Shown: positions 20,960 to 31,380, counted from the first letter of the stretch. The stretch: DNA of 64,000 nucleotides from Coprothermobacterota bacterium (GCA_036679065.1 JAZIGN010000001.1:192001-256000); one strand, 5' to 3'. Made by a program: numbers and translations. The notes: generated from the letters alone by a model not told the origin.

Positions 20960-21766
20960 GTGGCAGTAGTAACTTTGAAGCAACTATTAGAGGCTGGTGT
21001 GCACTTTGGCCACCAGACGAGACGCTGGAATCCGAAAATGAAGCCTTTCATCTACGCGGAAAGGAACGGTATTTACATTATCGATTTACAGAAGACTTAT
21101 GAGCAATTGGAAGCTGCTTACTCGTTTGTTAGAGATGCCAGCAAGGAAGGTAAAACAGTGCTCTTCGTTGGGACGAAGAGACAGGCTCAAGAACCCATTC
21201 GTGAAGAGGCTGAAAGAGCTGGGATGCCTTATGTAAATCAACGCTGGATAGGTGGATTCCTGACAAATTTCAGGACTATTAGGACGCGTATAAAGAAGTA
21301 TAAAGAGCTTTTAGCTTTGAGAGAACAGGGATACATTGAATCCTTGGACTACAAAGAACAGAAGAGAGTCATGAGAGAATTGGAGAAACTTGATAAATAC
21401 TACTCCGGGGTAAAAGATATGGATACCCTGCCGGATATTCTTTTTGTAGTAGATACCAAGAAGGAAGAGGCTGCCATAAGGGAAGCTAAGAAAATAGGTA
21501 TACCTGTAGTGGCAATGATAGATACTAACTGTGATCCTGATTTGGTTGACTACCCCATACCTGCCAATGATGATGCTGTTAGAGCTATCAAACTTATCAC
21601 TTCAAAAATTGCCGATGCCATCTTAGAAGGTCGCGAAGGACGTCAGGGCATTGTGAGTTCGGAAGGGCAGCAGGCTAGCATGGAAGAGATTGCAGAAGAG
21701 CTGGAAGCTATCGATGAGACCGAGAAATACTTGGATCTCATTGATGAAGAGAAGGAGGAAGAATAA
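20960..21766 (+). CDS. rpsB: 30S ribosomal protein S2
   Basis: [32 protein letters not shown]. Confidence 0.98.
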   Translation: MAVVTLKQLLEAGVHFGHQTRRWNPKMKPFIYAERNGIYIIDLQKTYEQLEAAYSFVRDASKEGKTVLFVGTKRQAQEPIREEAERAGMPYVNQRWIGGFLTNFRTIRTRIKKYKELLALREQGYIESLDYKEQKRVMRELEKLDKYYSGVKDMDTLPDILFVVDTKKEEAAIREAKKIGIPVVAMIDTNCDPDLVDYPIPANDDAVRAIKLITSKIADAILEGREGRQGIVSSEGQQASMEEIAEELEAIDETEKYLDLIDEEKEEE

Positions 21767-21767
21767 C

Positions 21768-22361
21768 ATGGAGATATCTGCATCACTGGTTAAACAGCTA
21801 AGAGACGAAACTGGCGCAGGGTTCATGGAATGCAAAAAGGCCTTGGAAGAGACTGGTGGAGACCTAGAAAAGGCAAAGCTTGTTTTGAAGGAGAAAGGAT
21901 TGGCTCGCGCAGAAAAGAAGATAGGTCGAGCTGCTTCTCAAGGACTCATTCACGCCTACATTCACGGTGAGGGAAAACTAGGTGTATTGGTGGAAGTCAA
22001 CTGTGAGACAGACTTTGTTGCCCGAACGGATGACTTTAAGGAGCTGGTGCACGAAATTGCTTTGCAGATTGCAGGTATGGCACCAGAGTATGTAGCCGTG
22101 GAAGATGTTCCTGAAGAAGTCATTGAACAGGAAAAGGAAATTTATAGAAAACAGGCGGAAAATGAGGGAAAACCTGCAGAGATAATTGATAAAATTGTTG
22201 AGGGCAAGCTGCAGAACTTTTACAAATCCAAAGTACTGCTTGAGCAGCCTTATGTAAGGGATGACTCAAAAACAATTAAGGATCTGATCAAGGAAAAAAT
22301 AGCCCTTTTAGGAGAGAACATCGTAGTCCGCAGGTTCGTCAGGTGGACGTTGGGCGAGTGA
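21768..22361 (+). CDS. tsf: Elongation factor Ts (short form, about 197 aa)
   Basis: VKQLRDETGAGFMECKKAL, EVNCETDFVA. Confidence 0.97.
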   Translation: MEISASLVKQLRDETGAGFMECKKALEETGGDLEKAKLVLKEKGLARAEKKIGRAASQGLIHAYIHGEGKLGVLVEVNCETDFVARTDDFKELVHEIALQIAGMAPEYVAVEDVPEEVIEQEKEIYRKQAENEGKPAEIIDKIVEGKLQNFYKSKVLLEQPYVRDDSKTIKDLIKEKIALLGENIVVRRFVRWTLGE

Positions 22362-23098
22362 TGGCCTTGCAGCCGTTTAAAAGGTTGCTAGTGAAATTAA
22401 GTGGTGAGTTACTAAGCGGAGAAAATGGTGTTTTCTCCGCTTCTTATTTAAACGAGCTATCTGAAGCTGTTCTACGCCTAAGGAATGAAGGTAAGCAGAT
22501 TGCATTTGTGGTTGGCGGAGGGAACATTTGGAGAGGTAGAGATGCTGACCTACTTGGTATAAACGGAACTGACGCTGACTATATCGGCATGCTTTCTACG
22601 GCAGTCAATGGCCTCATGCTTAAGAGCTGTTTTGAATCCAGAGGGCTAAAAGCGGAGCTCGTTTCCAGTTTTCTAATAGAAGGGACTGCCTATAGGCGCC
22701 ATCCTTCGGAAATCAGAAACCTTCTGGAAAATCAAGTCACCGTAATATTCGTTGGCGGTACGGGAATGCCGCATTTGACCACTGACACTTTGGCGGCCAT
22801 CCGTGCCGTTGAAATATCAGCTGATTTGCTGGTAAAGTTAACGAAAGTAGATGGCGTGTATGATAAGGATCCGATCAAGTACGTGGATGCTTGTAAATAT
22901 GATGTGCTTACGTTTGATGAAGCAGTACAGAAGAGTCTAGGTGTCATGGACTTGGCAGCTTTTGCACTACTTAGAGATAAGAACATTCCTGTGGCTGTTA
23001 TAAAGGGCACCGACCCTATGGAATTAATTGCATTCCTGCATGACCCTAGCAAAGGCACGCTAGTCGTACCTAATTTAGAGGAGGTGCATGGGGAGTGA
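22358..23098 (+). CDS. pyrH: Uridylate kinase
   Basis: KLSGE, VVGGGNIWRG, DYIGML, TTDT, VDGVYDKDP. Confidence 0.96.
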   Translation: MMALQPFKRLLVKLSGELLSGENGVFSASYLNELSEAVLRLRNEGKQIAFVVGGGNIWRGRDADLLGINGTDADYIGMLSTAVNGLMLKSCFESRGLKAELVSSFLIEGTAYRRHPSEIRNLLENQVTVIFVGGTGMPHLTTDTLAAIRAVEISADLLVKLTKVDGVYDKDPIKYVDACKYDVLTFDEAVQKSLGVMDLAAFALLRDKNIPVAVIKGTDPMELIAFLHDPSKGTLVVPNLEEVHGE

Positions 23099-23655
23099 AG
23101 GAGCATGAGATCACTCGGCAAGCAAGGGAGCATTTTCAAAAGACCATCAACACTATGAGCGATCAGTTAAGTACGGTTCGCGCTTCCAGGGTAAGCCCTG
23201 CCATCTTGGAACCGGTGACTGTGGAGTATGAAGGGGCAAAATACAAGTTAAGTGAACTCGCCATGGTAGTGGCTCAGGATGCCAGGACACTGATTATTGA
23301 ACCATGGGATGTTTCCATGATCCCAGCCATATCTCGCTCGTTGCAAAAGGCGAACGTGGGTGCTAACCCAAGCGATGATGGTAAGAGGATAAAGTTGGTG
23401 TTTCCGAGCTTGTCTCAAGAGAGAAGAGAAGAGCTAGCGCGGTTAGTTGACAAGTATCTCGAAGAGGCACGAATCGCCTTGCGAAACATAAGGCGAGAAT
23501 ACATCGACGAAGTGAAATCGAAGGAAAAGAAAAAAGAACTTTCAGAAGATGAAAGTAGGCGTATCCAGAACGAATTACAGAAGGCATTTGAAGAGTACGA
23601 AAAACAGATGGAGCAGATTTGTCAGAGAAAACGAAAAGAAATCATGGAAGAGTGA
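23095..23655 (+). CDS. frr: Ribosome recycling factor
   Basis: IEPWD, PSLSQERREEL, RIALRNIRR, SEDE. Confidence 0.96.
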   Translation: MKEHEITRQAREHFQKTINTMSDQLSTVRASRVSPAILEPVTVEYEGAKYKLSELAMVVAQDARTLIIEPWDVSMIPAISRSLQKANVGANPSDDGKRIKLVFPSLSQERREELARLVDKYLEEARIALRNIRREYIDEVKSKEKKKELSEDESRRIQNELQKAFEEYEKQMEQICQRKRKEIMEE

Positions 23656-23661
23656 CATTTA

Positions 23662-24435
23662 TTGCAAAGAACGCAAGTGTTTAAAGAAATTGTCTTCCGA
23701 ACACTATGGGGCATATTGGTTGTTGGAACCGTACTTGTAAGCTGCCTGTGGCGAGAGAGTTATTTGTTGCTTAGTATAGGGATAGGAGTTCTTTCTAGTT
23801 TAGAGCTCGCTGCCATGTACAAAGAACCTTGGTGGAGTGTTGTTCCTTTGTCTGCTGTTGTCTATGTTGTTACATTGCTGCGGGGCATCGATAGTGGACT
23901 AATCGTGGCCCTGGTGCTTACGGTTTTAACCACGCTAAAACTGAACCCAAATCAGTCCAAAGATAGGTTTTCAGTCTTAGTTAGGCTTTTTGCTTGTTAC
24001 ATCGGATTAAGTGCGGGCTCGTTTCCCACGCTTCAGATTCGGCTTGGATCTGTTGAACCATTGATTGTGTTCTGGTTGGCTATTTGGATTTTTGATTCCA
24101 CAGCCTATCTATGGGGCAGGTTCTTAGGGCAAGAAAAATTCGCACCATTCATAAGCCCTGGCAAAAACTTGGAAGGTTTTGTTTTCGGCTACATAACCAC
24201 CGTGCTTGGCTGTGTATTGCTTAGTGTTTGGCTAAGGGAACCACTATTTAACGTTTTTGGCATCGTAATACCTTTAGCCGGAATCAGTGGAGATCTGCTG
24301 GAATCTTGGGCAAAAAGGGTGGTCGGAGTTAAAGACTCTGGTAAACTGATTCCTTACCATGGCGGTGTGTGGGATCGCTTTGATAGCTCCTTATTGGCCT
24401 CTTTGGCTGTTTTGGTGACAGTAAAATGGCTTTGA
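23662..24435 (+). CDS. cdsA: Phosphatidate cytidylyltransferase
   Basis: DSTAY, ISPGKNLEG, GDLLESWAKR..GVKDSG..IPYHGGVWDRFDS. Confidence 0.95.
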   Translation: MQRTQVFKEIVFRTLWGILVVGTVLVSCLWRESYLLLSIGIGVLSSLELAAMYKEPWWSVVPLSAVVYVVTLLRGIDSGLIVALVLTVLTTLKLNPNQSKDRFSVLVRLFACYIGLSAGSFPTLQIRLGSVEPLIVFWLAIWIFDSTAYLWGRFLGQEKFAPFISPGKNLEGFVFGYITTVLGCVLLSVWLREPLFNVFGIVIPLAGISGDLLESWAKRVVGVKDSGKLIPYHGGVWDRFDSSLLASLAVLVTVKWL

Positions 24436-25511
24436 AAGTAGCTGTTATTGGAGCCACAGGCTCTGTTGGCAAGCAAACATTGGAAGTAATCGATAGGTTT
24501 CCTGATAAGTTTGTGCCGACCTTGCTAGTGGGCGGTAAGAACGTCGAACTTTTGCAGATTTTGGGAAAGAAATATGGTTGTTCAGTCTTCAGTCCATGGC
24601 TTCATGGTCCTGCAGAATTACCATTGGACAAATTAGAGAGTTCAGACATTATGGTCTACGCTGCATCTACGGTGGATTATTTAAACTACATGAGCCATTT
24701 CTTGGGCTTGGGGAAGCCTGTGTGCCTTTCAACAAAAGAAATCATAGTAGAGGCTTGGCCATTAATTGAAAGCTTTAGTGGATTGATAAGACCAGTGGAT
24801 TCTGAGCACAGTGCTCTATGGCGCATAGGGGCAAAAGAACCTGGTGTCAAGAGCATTTATGTAGTTGGATCAGGAGGTTCATTACGTGACAGGAAGAGGG
24901 AAGAGATAGAAAACGCAACCTTGGATCAGGTGCTCAGTCATCCTGTGTGGAATATGGGACCCAAGGTCACGTTCGATTCTGCTTTTCTCATTAACAAATC
25001 CATGGAGGTTATCGAAGCGTCTCACCTGTTCAACTTGAGGGGCGAACAAATTAGCATTGTCATAGAAAGGACTGGATCTATTCATGCTTTAGTAGACTTC
25101 GTGGATGGCTCACGAAACGTCTTTTTTTCAAAGCCGACCATGCTAATCCCTATTGCTTACGCTTTATCATACCCAAGTATTCTCCCCCTTGATGAGGAGA
25201 CAGTAAGGCAGCCCGGCGATGCCCTTGGTTACCGACTAGATAAGCCTGACTTTGACAGGTTCCCTTGGGGCAAGTTAGGCCACTATGCTTTAGAACTTGG
25301 GTATACGTCCAGGATGGCGTTTTCTGTGGCTGATGAAATTGCTTTTGAGTGTTTCAAAGACAAGATTATGAAACCTTCTGATATATACCATTTCTTAGTC
25401 AAAGCCATAGAAGATTACAGAGCAATATCTTACCCCGAGTCTATAACTGAATATTTCTCATTACGCCATGATATGATTGAAAAAATGTGGAAGGAGGTTC
25501 GAGCTATTTGA
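24426..25511 (+). CDS. dxr: 1-deoxy-D-xylulose 5-phosphate reductoisomerase
   Basis: GATGSVG, PVDSEHSA, HPVWNMGPK..DSA..NK..EVIEA. Confidence 0.92.
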   Translation: MALKVAVIGATGSVGKQTLEVIDRFPDKFVPTLLVGGKNVELLQILGKKYGCSVFSPWLHGPAELPLDKLESSDIMVYAASTVDYLNYMSHFLGLGKPVCLSTKEIIVEAWPLIESFSGLIRPVDSEHSALWRIGAKEPGVKSIYVVGSGGSLRDRKREEIENATLDQVLSHPVWNMGPKVTFDSAFLINKSMEVIEASHLFNLRGEQISIVIERTGSIHALVDFVDGSRNVFFSKPTMLIPIAYALSYPSILPLDEETVRQPGDALGYRLDKPDFDRFPWGKLGHYALELGYTSRMAFSVADEIAFECFKDKIMKPSDIYHFLVKAIEDYRAISYPESITEYFSLRHDMIEKMWKEVRAI

Positions 25512-26518
25512 GTGCTTTATACGTAGTACTGGCAATTATTGCTTTGTCAGTGCTTATGATTTTCCACGAGTACGGCCATTACTTAGCAGCCAAGAGGCTA
25601 CACTACCCAGTGACGGCTTTTGGTATAGGCTTCGGCCCAAACATCATAAAGAAACAGATCGGTGAAACCGAATTTCGTGTAGGCATACTTCTCTTTGGAG
25701 CCTATGTAGAAGTTCCTGCCATGGATGGTGAAGGAAACGAAACTATAAAACCACTTCATAAAGTTGCCATTGCCCTAGCCGGTCCGCTGATGAACTTCAT
25801 ACTAGCTTTCTTAGTTGTGTTTGTTGTTCTTGTGAGTGGCAACCCCTTGGAGCCAAGCGCAGTTGTGGGCTCTATTGTTCCTAACTCTTCAGCTGCTGAA
25901 GTGCTGCAGGTTGGTGACAAGATTCTTCAAGTGGATGGTAAGTCTATTAATAGCTTTGAGGATTTTCAGCGTATAGTGGCTAGTAAGAAAGTTGGGGATG
26001 AAGTTTCACTAGTCATAGAGCGAGACGACAATCAACTTACTGTTGAAGTGGAGGTAAGGGAACTTAGCTATGAAGGGGAAACTTTCGTGGGTGTTGGAAT
26101 TTCAGGAGCTCCAACTAAGTATTCTCCTTTAGCTGCTTTAGGAAAGTCTTTTCAAGAACTTTGGACCATGATAAAGGAGCTCTGGAAGGCTTTAGTACTG
26201 ATAATCTCCAGACCGAAGAATGTGGAAGTGATGGGAATAATTGGCATAACTGCTACCATGGCAAGTTTTGCCAAGGCTAATCTTATGTTGTTCCTTTACC
26301 TGGTAGCGTTTATAAGTGCTAACTTAGGGTTTATAAACTTGGTTCCATTTCCGGCTCTTGACGGGAGTTTGATTTTAGTTGGTCTTATTGAGAGTGCTAT
26401 AAGGAGACCATTACCCAAAAGCTGGGTAAACACGGTGAACATAATTGGTTTTGTGTGCTTGATGGGTTTGATGATCTATGTATCGCTACTTGATATAGGG
26501 AGGCTTATGGGATTCTAA
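25508..26518 (+). CDS. rseP: Site-2 zinc metalloprotease RseP
   Basis: HEYGH, AGPLMN, PDZ domain, NLVPFPALDG. Confidence 0.95.
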   Translation: MSALYVVLAIIALSVLMIFHEYGHYLAAKRLHYPVTAFGIGFGPNIIKKQIGETEFRVGILLFGAYVEVPAMDGEGNETIKPLHKVAIALAGPLMNFILAFLVVFVVLVSGNPLEPSAVVGSIVPNSSAAEVLQVGDKILQVDGKSINSFEDFQRIVASKKVGDEVSLVIERDDNQLTVEVEVRELSYEGETFVGVGISGAPTKYSPLAALGKSFQELWTMIKELWKALVLIISRPKNVEVMGIIGITATMASFAKANLMLFLYLVAFISANLGFINLVPFPALDGSLILVGLIESAIRRPLPKSWVNTVNIIGFVCLMGLMIYVSLLDIGRLMGF

Positions 26519-26522
26519 GAAA

Positions 26523-27596
26523 ATGGACGTGCAAAGACGAAAGACTAAGGCAGTAAGTGTAGGTAACCTTGTAATCGGTGGCGGAGCCCCTGTAGTAGTA
26601 CAAACCATGCTTAAAACGAACATAATCGATCTAAATGCTGCATTAGAAGAGCTTAGGCAGGACGTTGCTGCTGGAGCTCAACTAATCCGTTTTGCGGTGC
26701 CCGATGAGCGCGCAGCGCGGAACATTGGTATACTTGTAAGACAGAGCCCTGTTCCTTTGGTAGCTGATATACATTTTGACCCAAACTTGGCGCTGATCGC
26801 TTTGGAAAGTGGTGTGTCTAAGTTGAGGCTTAATCCAGGGACCATAAAGGATAAGGTGGCCAGACGTGAGATTGTGTTACTCGCGAAAGAGAAGAACATA
26901 CCCATCCGCATAGGTCTTAACACTGGTAGTTTACCCTTGGAAAGAAGGAGAAACAGCGAAAGCTTGGTAGATTTTGCTGTCCGTGTAATGACGGAGGAAG
27001 TAGACATGCTTCGTGAACTTTCTTTTGAAAACATTGTGCTTTCTATAAAAAGTTCGGACCCTGTCGAAAACATCGCCATAAACCGCAAACTTGCACAGTG
27101 TTTCGACTATCCTATACATCTTGGGGTCACTGAAGCTGGACAGGGAACAGAAGGTTTGATTTATTCGGTTACAGGCATGGCTCCATTGCTCCTTGAAGGT
27201 ATTGGGGACACAATCAGGGTTTCCCTGAATGGTCCTTCTGTAGACGAAGTAGAAGCGGCGTACCACCTTTTAAGGGCTTGTGGTGTTCTGAAGAGGGGAG
27301 TCCATGTGGTAGCCTGTCCGACCTGCGGTCGCTTGGAAAGAAAAACTTGGGATGTAGTAGCCAACTTGAGGGAGAGATTGAAGGATGTTGAGGAGCCTTT
27401 AGTCATAGCGGTGATGGGATGCATGGTGAACGGACCGCAAGAGGCTTCTCGTGCTGATGTTGGTGTGGCTTTGGGTAAAGTCGGTGCTGTTCTTTTTAAA
27501 AAGGGACAAGTGGTGCGAGTAATAAAACCCAATGAAGATATTGCAGAAGTGATATTGTCTGAGTTAAAAACTGGGGAGGTCGAAAAAAATTTATGA
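26523..27596 (+). CDS. ispG: HMBPP synthase
   Basis: PLVADIHF, LRLNPG, HLGVTEAG, GIGDTIRVSL, CPTCGR, MGCMVNGP. Confidence 0.97.
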   Translation: MDVQRRKTKAVSVGNLVIGGGAPVVVQTMLKTNIIDLNAALEELRQDVAAGAQLIRFAVPDERAARNIGILVRQSPVPLVADIHFDPNLALIALESGVSKLRLNPGTIKDKVARREIVLLAKEKNIPIRIGLNTGSLPLERRRNSESLVDFAVRVMTEEVDMLRELSFENIVLSIKSSDPVENIAINRKLAQCFDYPIHLGVTEAGQGTEGLIYSVTGMAPLLLEGIGDTIRVSLNGPSVDEVEAAYHLLRACGVLKRGVHVVACPTCGRLERKTWDVVANLRERLKDVEEPLVIAVMGCMVNGPQEASRADVGVALGKVGAVLFKKGQVVRVIKPNEDIAEVILSELKTGEVEKNL

Positions 27597-29269
27597 GGGC
27601 TAGTAAGTTTTTTTACAAGACGCTCAGAGAAGATCCTAAGGATGCGGAAGCTACTTCTCACAAGCTTCTTATTAGGGCTTCCATGATAAAACAAATCGCA
27701 TCAGGTGTATACGCATTTTTACCTTTTGGCCACAAGGTTCTTAAGAAAATTGAGACTGTGGTTCGAGAAGAAATGGACAGAATTGGTGGCCAAGAGATGA
27801 CCATGTCCATCATGATGCCGGCAGAAATGTGGAAGAAAACTGGACGATGGGAGCTCTACGGTGACGACATGATTAAGTTTAAAGATAGAAAAGAACAAGA
27901 TTTTTGTTTAGGACCTACTCATGAGGAACAGATTACTACCTTGGCTGGGCAACTGATTTCCTCCTACAAACAACTTCCTCAGCTGGTTTATCAAATTCAG
28001 ACAAAATTTCGTGACGAGCCTCGTCCACGATTTGGCCTTATAAGACTTAGAGAATTTGTAATGAAGGATGCTTATTCGTTCCATGACAGCGAGGAAAGTC
28101 TTAAAACAACCTATGACCAAGTTTTGAACGCCTATAAGAGAATACTTGAACGAATTGGGCTTAACTATGAAGTTGTAGCTGCAGATCCGGGCCAAATTGG
28201 TGGAACCCTTTCGCACGAGTTCATTGTTCCAGCTGAAGTAGGTGAAAGTACTGTGTTCAAGTGTGATAGCTGCGGTTACGTTGCAACTTCCGAAGTAGCC
28301 ACTTCTGTTTTGCCAGCTCCGGCCTTCTTGGAAAAACCTGCTTTAGAAAAGGTTCACACGCCTGACACTTCTTCCATTGAAGATGTAGCAGAATTTCTGC
28401 AACTGTCCAAAGAACGAATCATAAAAGCGGTCATGGTCATTGGCGATAGTCGTCCTTATATGATCTTGGTTCGTGGTGACAGAGAACTAGATGAATCGAA
28501 AATGAATAGACGTTTTACACAGTGGCGTATGATGACCGATGAGGAAATTCTCTCCATGGGCTTTATCCCAGGTTTTGTGGGTCCCAGAGAAGGCATAAAT
28601 GAAATTACCATTCTTAAAGATAAGTCACTGGAGTCATTGGACTGGGGTGTTATCGGAGCCAATGAACGTGATTATCACATTGTTGGCGTGGAAGTATCAG
28701 AGTTGCCCTTCCATGAAATTGTTGATCTAGCGGAAGTGGCTGAGGGAGATTTGTGCCCTCAGTGCGGTAGTCCTCTTCGGAGCTTTACAGGTTTGGAAGT
28801 AGGCCACATCTTCAGACTAGGCACCCGTTATTCCGAGCCCCTGGAAGCTTTCTATCATTCCGAAGATGGTGAGAGGAAGCCCTTTATTATGGGTTGCTAC
28901 GGAATCGGTGTTACACGTTTGGTTAGTGCAGTCATAGAACAGCATCATGATGATTTTGGAATTGTATGGCCTTGGTCAGTAGCGCCGTACCACGTGGTCA
29001 TAATCCCCATAGGAGATGTGGAAGCACAAGTTCAAGAGCTGGAAAATACTCTGTCCTCAGCTGGATTAGATGTCTTTGTTGACGACAGAGACGAACGGCC
29101 CGGTGTTAAATTCGTAGATGCCGATCTTATCGGCTTCCCTGTTCGCCTTGTTGTAAACGCGAAAAAAGAAGGCAAAGTGGAGATTAAGTTCAGGAAAACT
29201 GGAGAGACTCTGTTGGTCGGGCAAGAAGATGTCTTGGACACGGTTTTGAGAGGTGCAGTCAACCTGTGA
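27593..29269 (+). CDS. proS: Proline--tRNA ligase
   Basis: LGPTHEE, KFRDEPRPRFG, MKDAYSF, EVGHIF, MGCYGIG; INS editing domain. Confidence 0.98.
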   Translation: MRASKFFYKTLREDPKDAEATSHKLLIRASMIKQIASGVYAFLPFGHKVLKKIETVVREEMDRIGGQEMTMSIMMPAEMWKKTGRWELYGDDMIKFKDRKEQDFCLGPTHEEQITTLAGQLISSYKQLPQLVYQIQTKFRDEPRPRFGLIRLREFVMKDAYSFHDSEESLKTTYDQVLNAYKRILERIGLNYEVVAADPGQIGGTLSHEFIVPAEVGESTVFKCDSCGYVATSEVATSVLPAPAFLEKPALEKVHTPDTSSIEDVAEFLQLSKERIIKAVMVIGDSRPYMILVRGDRELDESKMNRRFTQWRMMTDEEILSMGFIPGFVGPREGINEITILKDKSLESLDWGVIGANERDYHIVGVEVSELPFHEIVDLAEVAEGDLCPQCGSPLRSFTGLEVGHIFRLGTRYSEPLEAFYHSEDGERKPFIMGCYGIGVTRLVSAVIEQHHDDFGIVWPWSVAPYHVVIIPIGDVEAQVQELENTLSSAGLDVFVDDRDERPGVKFVDADLIGFPVRLVVNAKKEGKVEIKFRKTGETLLVGQEDVLDTVLRGAVNL

Positions 29270-29904
29270 GAACAGACAGCTTCTTAGTAATAATTCCAGC
29301 TTTCAATGAAGAGAAGAACATTGGCAGAGTACTAAAGCCTTTAAGAGAAGAGAATTTACCCGTATTGGTAGTAGATGATGGTTCTACTGATAGAACAGCA
29401 TGGGTTGCATCTGATGAGAGGGTTTTGTTAATTGTATTTCCACGCAATCGCGGTAAAAGTGCCGCTGTGAAGGAAGCCTTGAGGTTCAATGTGGACAAAG
29501 TAGTCCTTTTGGACGCCGACTTAACAGGGTTAACTCGTAACCATGCACTGCAAATAAAACAGTGGATTAGCACTTACAATTGCGCCAGAATTATTCTAAA
29601 GGGTGGTAGGGCGGCCACTACATGGTCGCATATGATTAGCCCTGTATTAGCCGGTCAGCGTATTTTGCCTATGGCGGTGCTTAGGAAATTTTATGAGAGT
29701 TCAAGCGTTACTGGTTTTCAGCTGGAGGTTGCACTGGAAGATTTTTTGAAGAAGGAAGGAATAAGACAAGAGGAACTTGTTTTGGAAGGCGTAGGCCAAA
29801 TCATGAAAGAAGAGAAGCGAGGGTTTTGGCCGGGGTTAAAAGCACGCCTTAGAATGTATCTGGACATTTTGGCTTATAAACTTAGAGGGAGACCCACCAT
29901 ATAA
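29266..29904 (+). CDS. Glycosyltransferase family 2
   Basis: IIPAFNEE, VDDGSTD, NRGK, LDADL. Confidence 0.88.
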   Translation: MRTDSFLVIIPAFNEEKNIGRVLKPLREENLPVLVVDDGSTDRTAWVASDERVLLIVFPRNRGKSAAVKEALRFNVDKVVLLDADLTGLTRNHALQIKQWISTYNCARIILKGGRAATTWSHMISPVLAGQRILPMAVLRKFYESSSVTGFQLEVALEDFLKKEGIRQEELVLEGVGQIMKEEKRGFWPGLKARLRMYLDILAYKLRGRPTI

Positions 29905-29930
29905 CACATCGGTTGGGTCTCCCTGTTTTT
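29886..29930 (+). terminator. Intrinsic terminator ending the rpsB-proS-GT2 operon
   Basis: AGGGAGACCCA/TGGGTCTCCCT 11-bp stem followed by GTTTTT; between convergent genes. Confidence 0.75.
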
Positions 29931-29963
29931 CTCATTGATTGGTTAATTGCCTCTTTTTACCTT

Positions 29964-30227
29964 TTACTCCCTGGGTTCGATGATAAACTTGATAGCAGTT
30001 CTGTCTTCTTCTCCAATCTTTACATCGGTAAATCCTGGAATGCAAACAATGTCGATACCGTTTGGAGCTAGAAAACCTCTTGCAATAGCGATTGCCTTTG
30101 TGGCCTGGTTTACTGCACCGGCCCCAATAGCCTGTAATTCTGCTTCTCCGTGCTTTCTAATTACTTCCGCAAGCGCACCAGCGGCTTTCTTCGGATCAGT
30201 CTTCGCCGAAATCTTCAGTACTTCCAT
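29964..30227 (-). CDS. spoVS: SpoVS family protein
   Basis: AIGAGAVNQATKAIAIARG; SD AAGGAGG; TATAAT at 30261-66 (minus). Confidence 0.95.
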   Translation of the reverse strand: MEVLKISAKTDPKKAAGALAEVIRKHGEAELQAIGAGAVNQATKAIAIARGFLAPNGIDIVCIPGFTDVKIGEEDRTAIKFIIEPRE

Positions 30228-30289
30228 GCTAGAACCCTCCTTGTATCAAAGGTTATTCTAATTATACCCCATTAGAGATTATTTCAAAC

Positions 30290-30751
30290 TTACCCTTTGC
30301 GCTTCTTGTAAGCTTGAGGAGCCCACCATGGTTCGTCCCACATTTCGGCGGCAGAACCGCCCCATGGGGCAGACACCAAGGAGGTAAACACGCCCAAACT
30401 TCCACCAATTACTGCCCCAACGACACCCAGTATGTGGGAGCCAACCCAAGCTAAGAAAATGGCTGCACCCAGTACTTGGAAAAGTTTTGGCATAGTTTGT
30501 TTTCTTATCCTCACTGTAAGAATAGCTACCAACATGGCAAGTGTCATCACTCCAAGAATAGCTGGAAATGTTATCATGTAAACGAAATCATAAAGTTCCA
30601 TGACAAGAACCAGCGCTAGTAGCCAGTACGATTTTGATTTTGTTTTTGGAGTCTGGGTGGGGCTGCTAAAGTACTGAACGAACCCACCCCAGAAGAACCA
30701 AAAGAGGTAAAGGACAATAAAGGTGATGAATATTGCAGCTACTACTTGCAT
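30290..30751 (-). CDS. Hypothetical membrane protein
   Basis: 153 aa with about four hydrophobic segments; TATAAT 6 nt before ATG. Confidence 0.7.
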   Translation of the reverse strand: MQVVAAIFITFIVLYLFWFFWGGFVQYFSSPTQTPKTKSKSYWLLALVLVMELYDFVYMITFPAILGVMTLAMLVAILTVRIRKQTMPKLFQVLGAAIFLAWVGSHILGVVGAVIGGSLGVFTSLVSAPWGGSAAEMWDEPWWAPQAYKKRKG

Positions 30752-30795
30752 GTTTCTATTATAACCGAAGCTCTTCAGTGAGGTGATATGAAATC

Positions 30796-31380
30796 ATGAA
30801 AATCGGTTGGGACACGTCGCATCTGGAATTCACTATAGCGGACTATTACTACTTTGGGAAGCTTAGTGATCTGCTTTTGAATAGCGGTTTTTTGGTAGAT
30901 GAAGTTAAGGATTTTGATACTTTAAATCGCTATGATACTATCGTTTTCAACTATCCAGAGAAACCTTTCAATGATGCCGAAGTAAATAAGATAGATAGTT
31001 GGGTTAGGCAAGGCAAAGTAGTGATCTTTGCAGGCTACTACAAAAACGAGGACGGAGTTGGGGAGAACATAAACGGGATAACGAAGCATTTCGGTCTTAC
31101 CTTGAATTTAAGCGAGGCGCTTGACCAGTCTAGCGAAGATCCGTACTTTGTAAACGTTGTAAGCCGAACCGGCCTAAGGGGAGTGTTTCCGTGCACAGAT
31201 ACTGTGTCAGGTGGTGAAGCTATATTGACTTCTAAGGTAGGAAACGTAGGCTGTCAGATCAAACTGGGAATGGGGAAATTGGTCTTACTTGGTAGCTGTG
31301 TATTCTGGGATTCTTTTAGTCTTCACTTAGCAGATAACGCAACCATTGCCACGAAGCTCCTAGCAGGCGAAGAAATCTAG
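30796..31380 (+). CDS. Hypothetical protein, possibly class I glutamine amidotransferase-like fold
   Basis: SD GAGGTG; DTSHLE, YDTIV..P, WVRQGKVV, GMGKLVLLG..DN pattern. Confidence 0.65.
   Translation: MKIGWDTSHLEFTIADYYYFGKLSDLLLNSGFLVDEVKDFDTLNRYDTIVFNYPEKPFNDAEVNKIDSWVRQGKVVIFAGYYKNEDGVGENINGITKHFGLTLNLSEALDQSSEDPYFVNVVSRTGLRGVFPCTDTVSGGEAILTSKVGNVGCQIKLGMGKLVLLGSCVFWDSFSLHLADNATIATKLLAGEEI

Noticed and set aside
20902..21102. 66-aa plus-strand ORF over the rpsB leader
   Set aside because: Out-of-frame overlap with rpsB, no SD; region explained by leader RNA
29964..30227. spoVS plus SigF/G-like sigma as evidence of sporulation
   Set aside because: SpoVS occurs in non-sporulating bacteria, and spoIIIA/spoIVB/spo0A are absent from their usual positions near efp and recN
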